Of a stretch of 64,000 bases of DNA, positions 62,201 to 64,000 are shown one piece after another. Source of the DNA: Orbicella franksi (lineage: Eukaryota); NCBI GenBank assembly GCA_964199315.1, contig OZ116700.1, positions 34,596,001 through 34,660,000 on the forward strand, written 5' to 3'. A program made the translations under genes and the position numbers. Each line of letters opens with the position of its first letter. Within the stretch, counting starts at the first letter, position 1. The notes under the pieces were generated by a model. It saw nothing but the letters and a program-made list of their open reading frames with translations, was not told the origin of the DNA and ran no database searches.

Positions 62201-64000
62201 CCTAGTGGTAAATATTTTAGGAAACTTTATATATTTCTAGAGCAAAAGTCACTTTCAGTTGCACAGTAAACTAAATGTAAAGATTTACACGATGAAAATC
62301 TATTGTAAGCTGCTGCTAAAGAATTGCAAAGTTGGCAACCTGAAGGCCTGTGTTTGTTCCACCCTCAACCAATTTGTTGCTAAAGAAATGAATTAACTGT
62401 AACTTAAAGTCTTTCTGCTACATGAAAGATTTCTATTCAACTGCAAGTTAAACTGCTTTCTCTTGTAGCTTCAGTCTGCAACAGAAACATTGAAAGAACA
62501 AGAAGCTAAGCTTAAAGAAACAGAGGATGAACATTCCAGTGACTTAGAAAACTCTCTGATCCGGTTAGAGGAAGAACAACAGAGGTAAGATTCAAAATTC
62601 AGTGGCAAATTCTCCTTGCTGTTTCCATACATTTCTTAACTCAGTTGGAAGAATTTGTTTTCATTATGGTTTTGTTGTTACCCAACTAAATTACATTGTA
62701 TATTGTGCTTTATAATGTTTGAGAAATGTGTAAAAGTCAAAGTACCCCTTGTTCATAAAGAACTTTAAACAAGACTCAATGTGGATAAATATAGTTAAAT
62801 GGAATTTAACATAGTTAATAACCAGGAGCTAGTCTGGTCAGTAGCCTTTTTGTAGGCAGTTGTGAGTGTCTTGGCTGTCTGTTAGCGTTTGTTTAGCGTT
62901 TGGTGCGTTCTGTAGCGTTTGATATAGTTCAATGAAATTTTACATAGTTTATGACCAGGAGGTAGTCTGGCCAGTGGCGTATTTTTGTAGGCATTTGTTA
63001 ATGTCTTGGCCATCTGTTAGCGTTTGTTAAGCGTTTGGTGCATTCTGTAACGTTTGCAGCAGTCATATGGCTGTGGGAGCCCTGGGGCTGACATTGTCCA
63101 GCGGTATTCTTGGTTAGTATGTGCGTTGTCATCCCATGTGCTTGCAGTGTGTTTGTTGCTCTGTTAGCGTGGCATTGTGGGTTGAATTATAGTAGTTTAA
63201 CCGTTCTTGGCATTCCCTCCCTATCCCCCCACCTCTCTTCAGCATTTGTTATTTATTTATTTTTATTTTTTCATTTTTCCACTGAACCATCTGGCTTGAG
63301 TGTGACAGGTGCCTGTAGGGGGCCTGACGCAGGGGGCTCGTGGCTTAGTTGTGGGTTGGGCAGGCCAGTTGGGTGTTCTAGCACCTTGGGGATGTGACTG
63401 CGGTTGCAGCCCCCAGGCTTCGTAGGCACCTTCCCTCCACTAGCGACTTGGGTGTTAATTAAGTTTTTGGTTACTCAGTAAGCTGATTAGAGAACATGTA
63501 TGTGTTTATGCTGATGTGATTTTTCAGTGAATGCACAGGATCTGCATTTTTCAAGGCTTGATCATACATGTATTTTGGACATGTTTGTTGTCTAACTTGA
63601 AATCATACTACTCTTACAAGTATTATTTGATTGCTAAATTGAGCACTTGTTTGTAGATGATTATAAATGTACTTGCAAAACAGCATCCTTTTACAGTGAA
63701 GCTTTACACTTACTGTGTTTTCTGATTGCATTGCTAATACATGTCTGTATTTTGCACAAAACATAAAGGCTTTTAATGGTCACGTTTTGGTGGTAAAAGA
63801 GAACTCTTTACCACCTCCTGCTCATGCACATGTTACCTTCTCCAGGAGTGCCAGCCTTCAACATGTGAATAACATGCTCCGAGAACAACTAGAACAAGCA
63901 ACCTCAGCCAACCAGCAGCTTACGCTTGACATTCAGAAGTTAACAGCTGATTGGAATAAAGCAAGAGAAGAGCTTGAAGCTCGGGATGAAGAGGAACAGG
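59295..64000 (+). CDS. CROCC: Rootletin (ciliary rootlet coiled-coil protein), 5' part, runs off the window
   Basis: Exons 59295-59366, 59528-59767, 61736-62038, 62469-62584, 63846->64000; GT-AG, phases 0-0-0-2. Motifs PTKIRDIVTKSI, SRLEDLLAATRAERDE, EEEHANYKRKLQAYQDGQQRQAQLIQKLQQKVLQYK, SLIRLEEEQQRSASLQHVNNMLREQLEQA (rootletin N-terminal domain). Confidence 0.93.
62789..63056. repeat. Two-copy tandem duplication, period about 133 bp
   Basis: 62789-62921 and 62922-63056 both read atatagtt.aatg.aattt.acatagtt.at.accaggag.tagtctgg.cagt..c....tttgtaggca...tgttagcgtttgtt.agcgtttggtgc.ttctgta.cgtttg. Confidence 0.9.

Overview
AT-rich, intron-containing animal genomic DNA; the gene set and repeats suggest a cnidarian, probably a stony coral (inference). 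Left to right: (1) a tandem cluster of three intronless orphan class A GPCRs on + (the third carries a +1 and a -1 frameshift) plus an inverted 5' GPCR fragment at ~2.1 kb; (2) an orphan single-exon ORF on - at 11.4-12.0 kb; (3) a minus-strand multi-exon gene matching only the C-terminal half of rootletin/CROCC (six phase-consistent exons, 13842-19938); (4) about 17 kb with no long ORF; (5) a two-coding-exon MARCH-type RING-CH E3 ligase on +; (6) a complete nine-exon PEX2 on -, whose intron 4 holds an intact piggyBac (TTAA TSDs, 13-bp TIRs, full DDD transposase) nested inside a second TTAA-flanked, Kolobok-like TIR element, and whose other introns carry SINEs, a MITE and a TSD-flanked retro-insertion; (7) the 5' end of a canonical rootletin gene on + running off the window, with a probable second first exon head-to-head with PEX2. 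A minimal hammerhead-ribozyme-like motif lies at 10.76 kb. No CRISPR, rRNA or genuine tRNA was seen. Exon boundaries were read by eye (GT-AG and phase checked); no database search was run.
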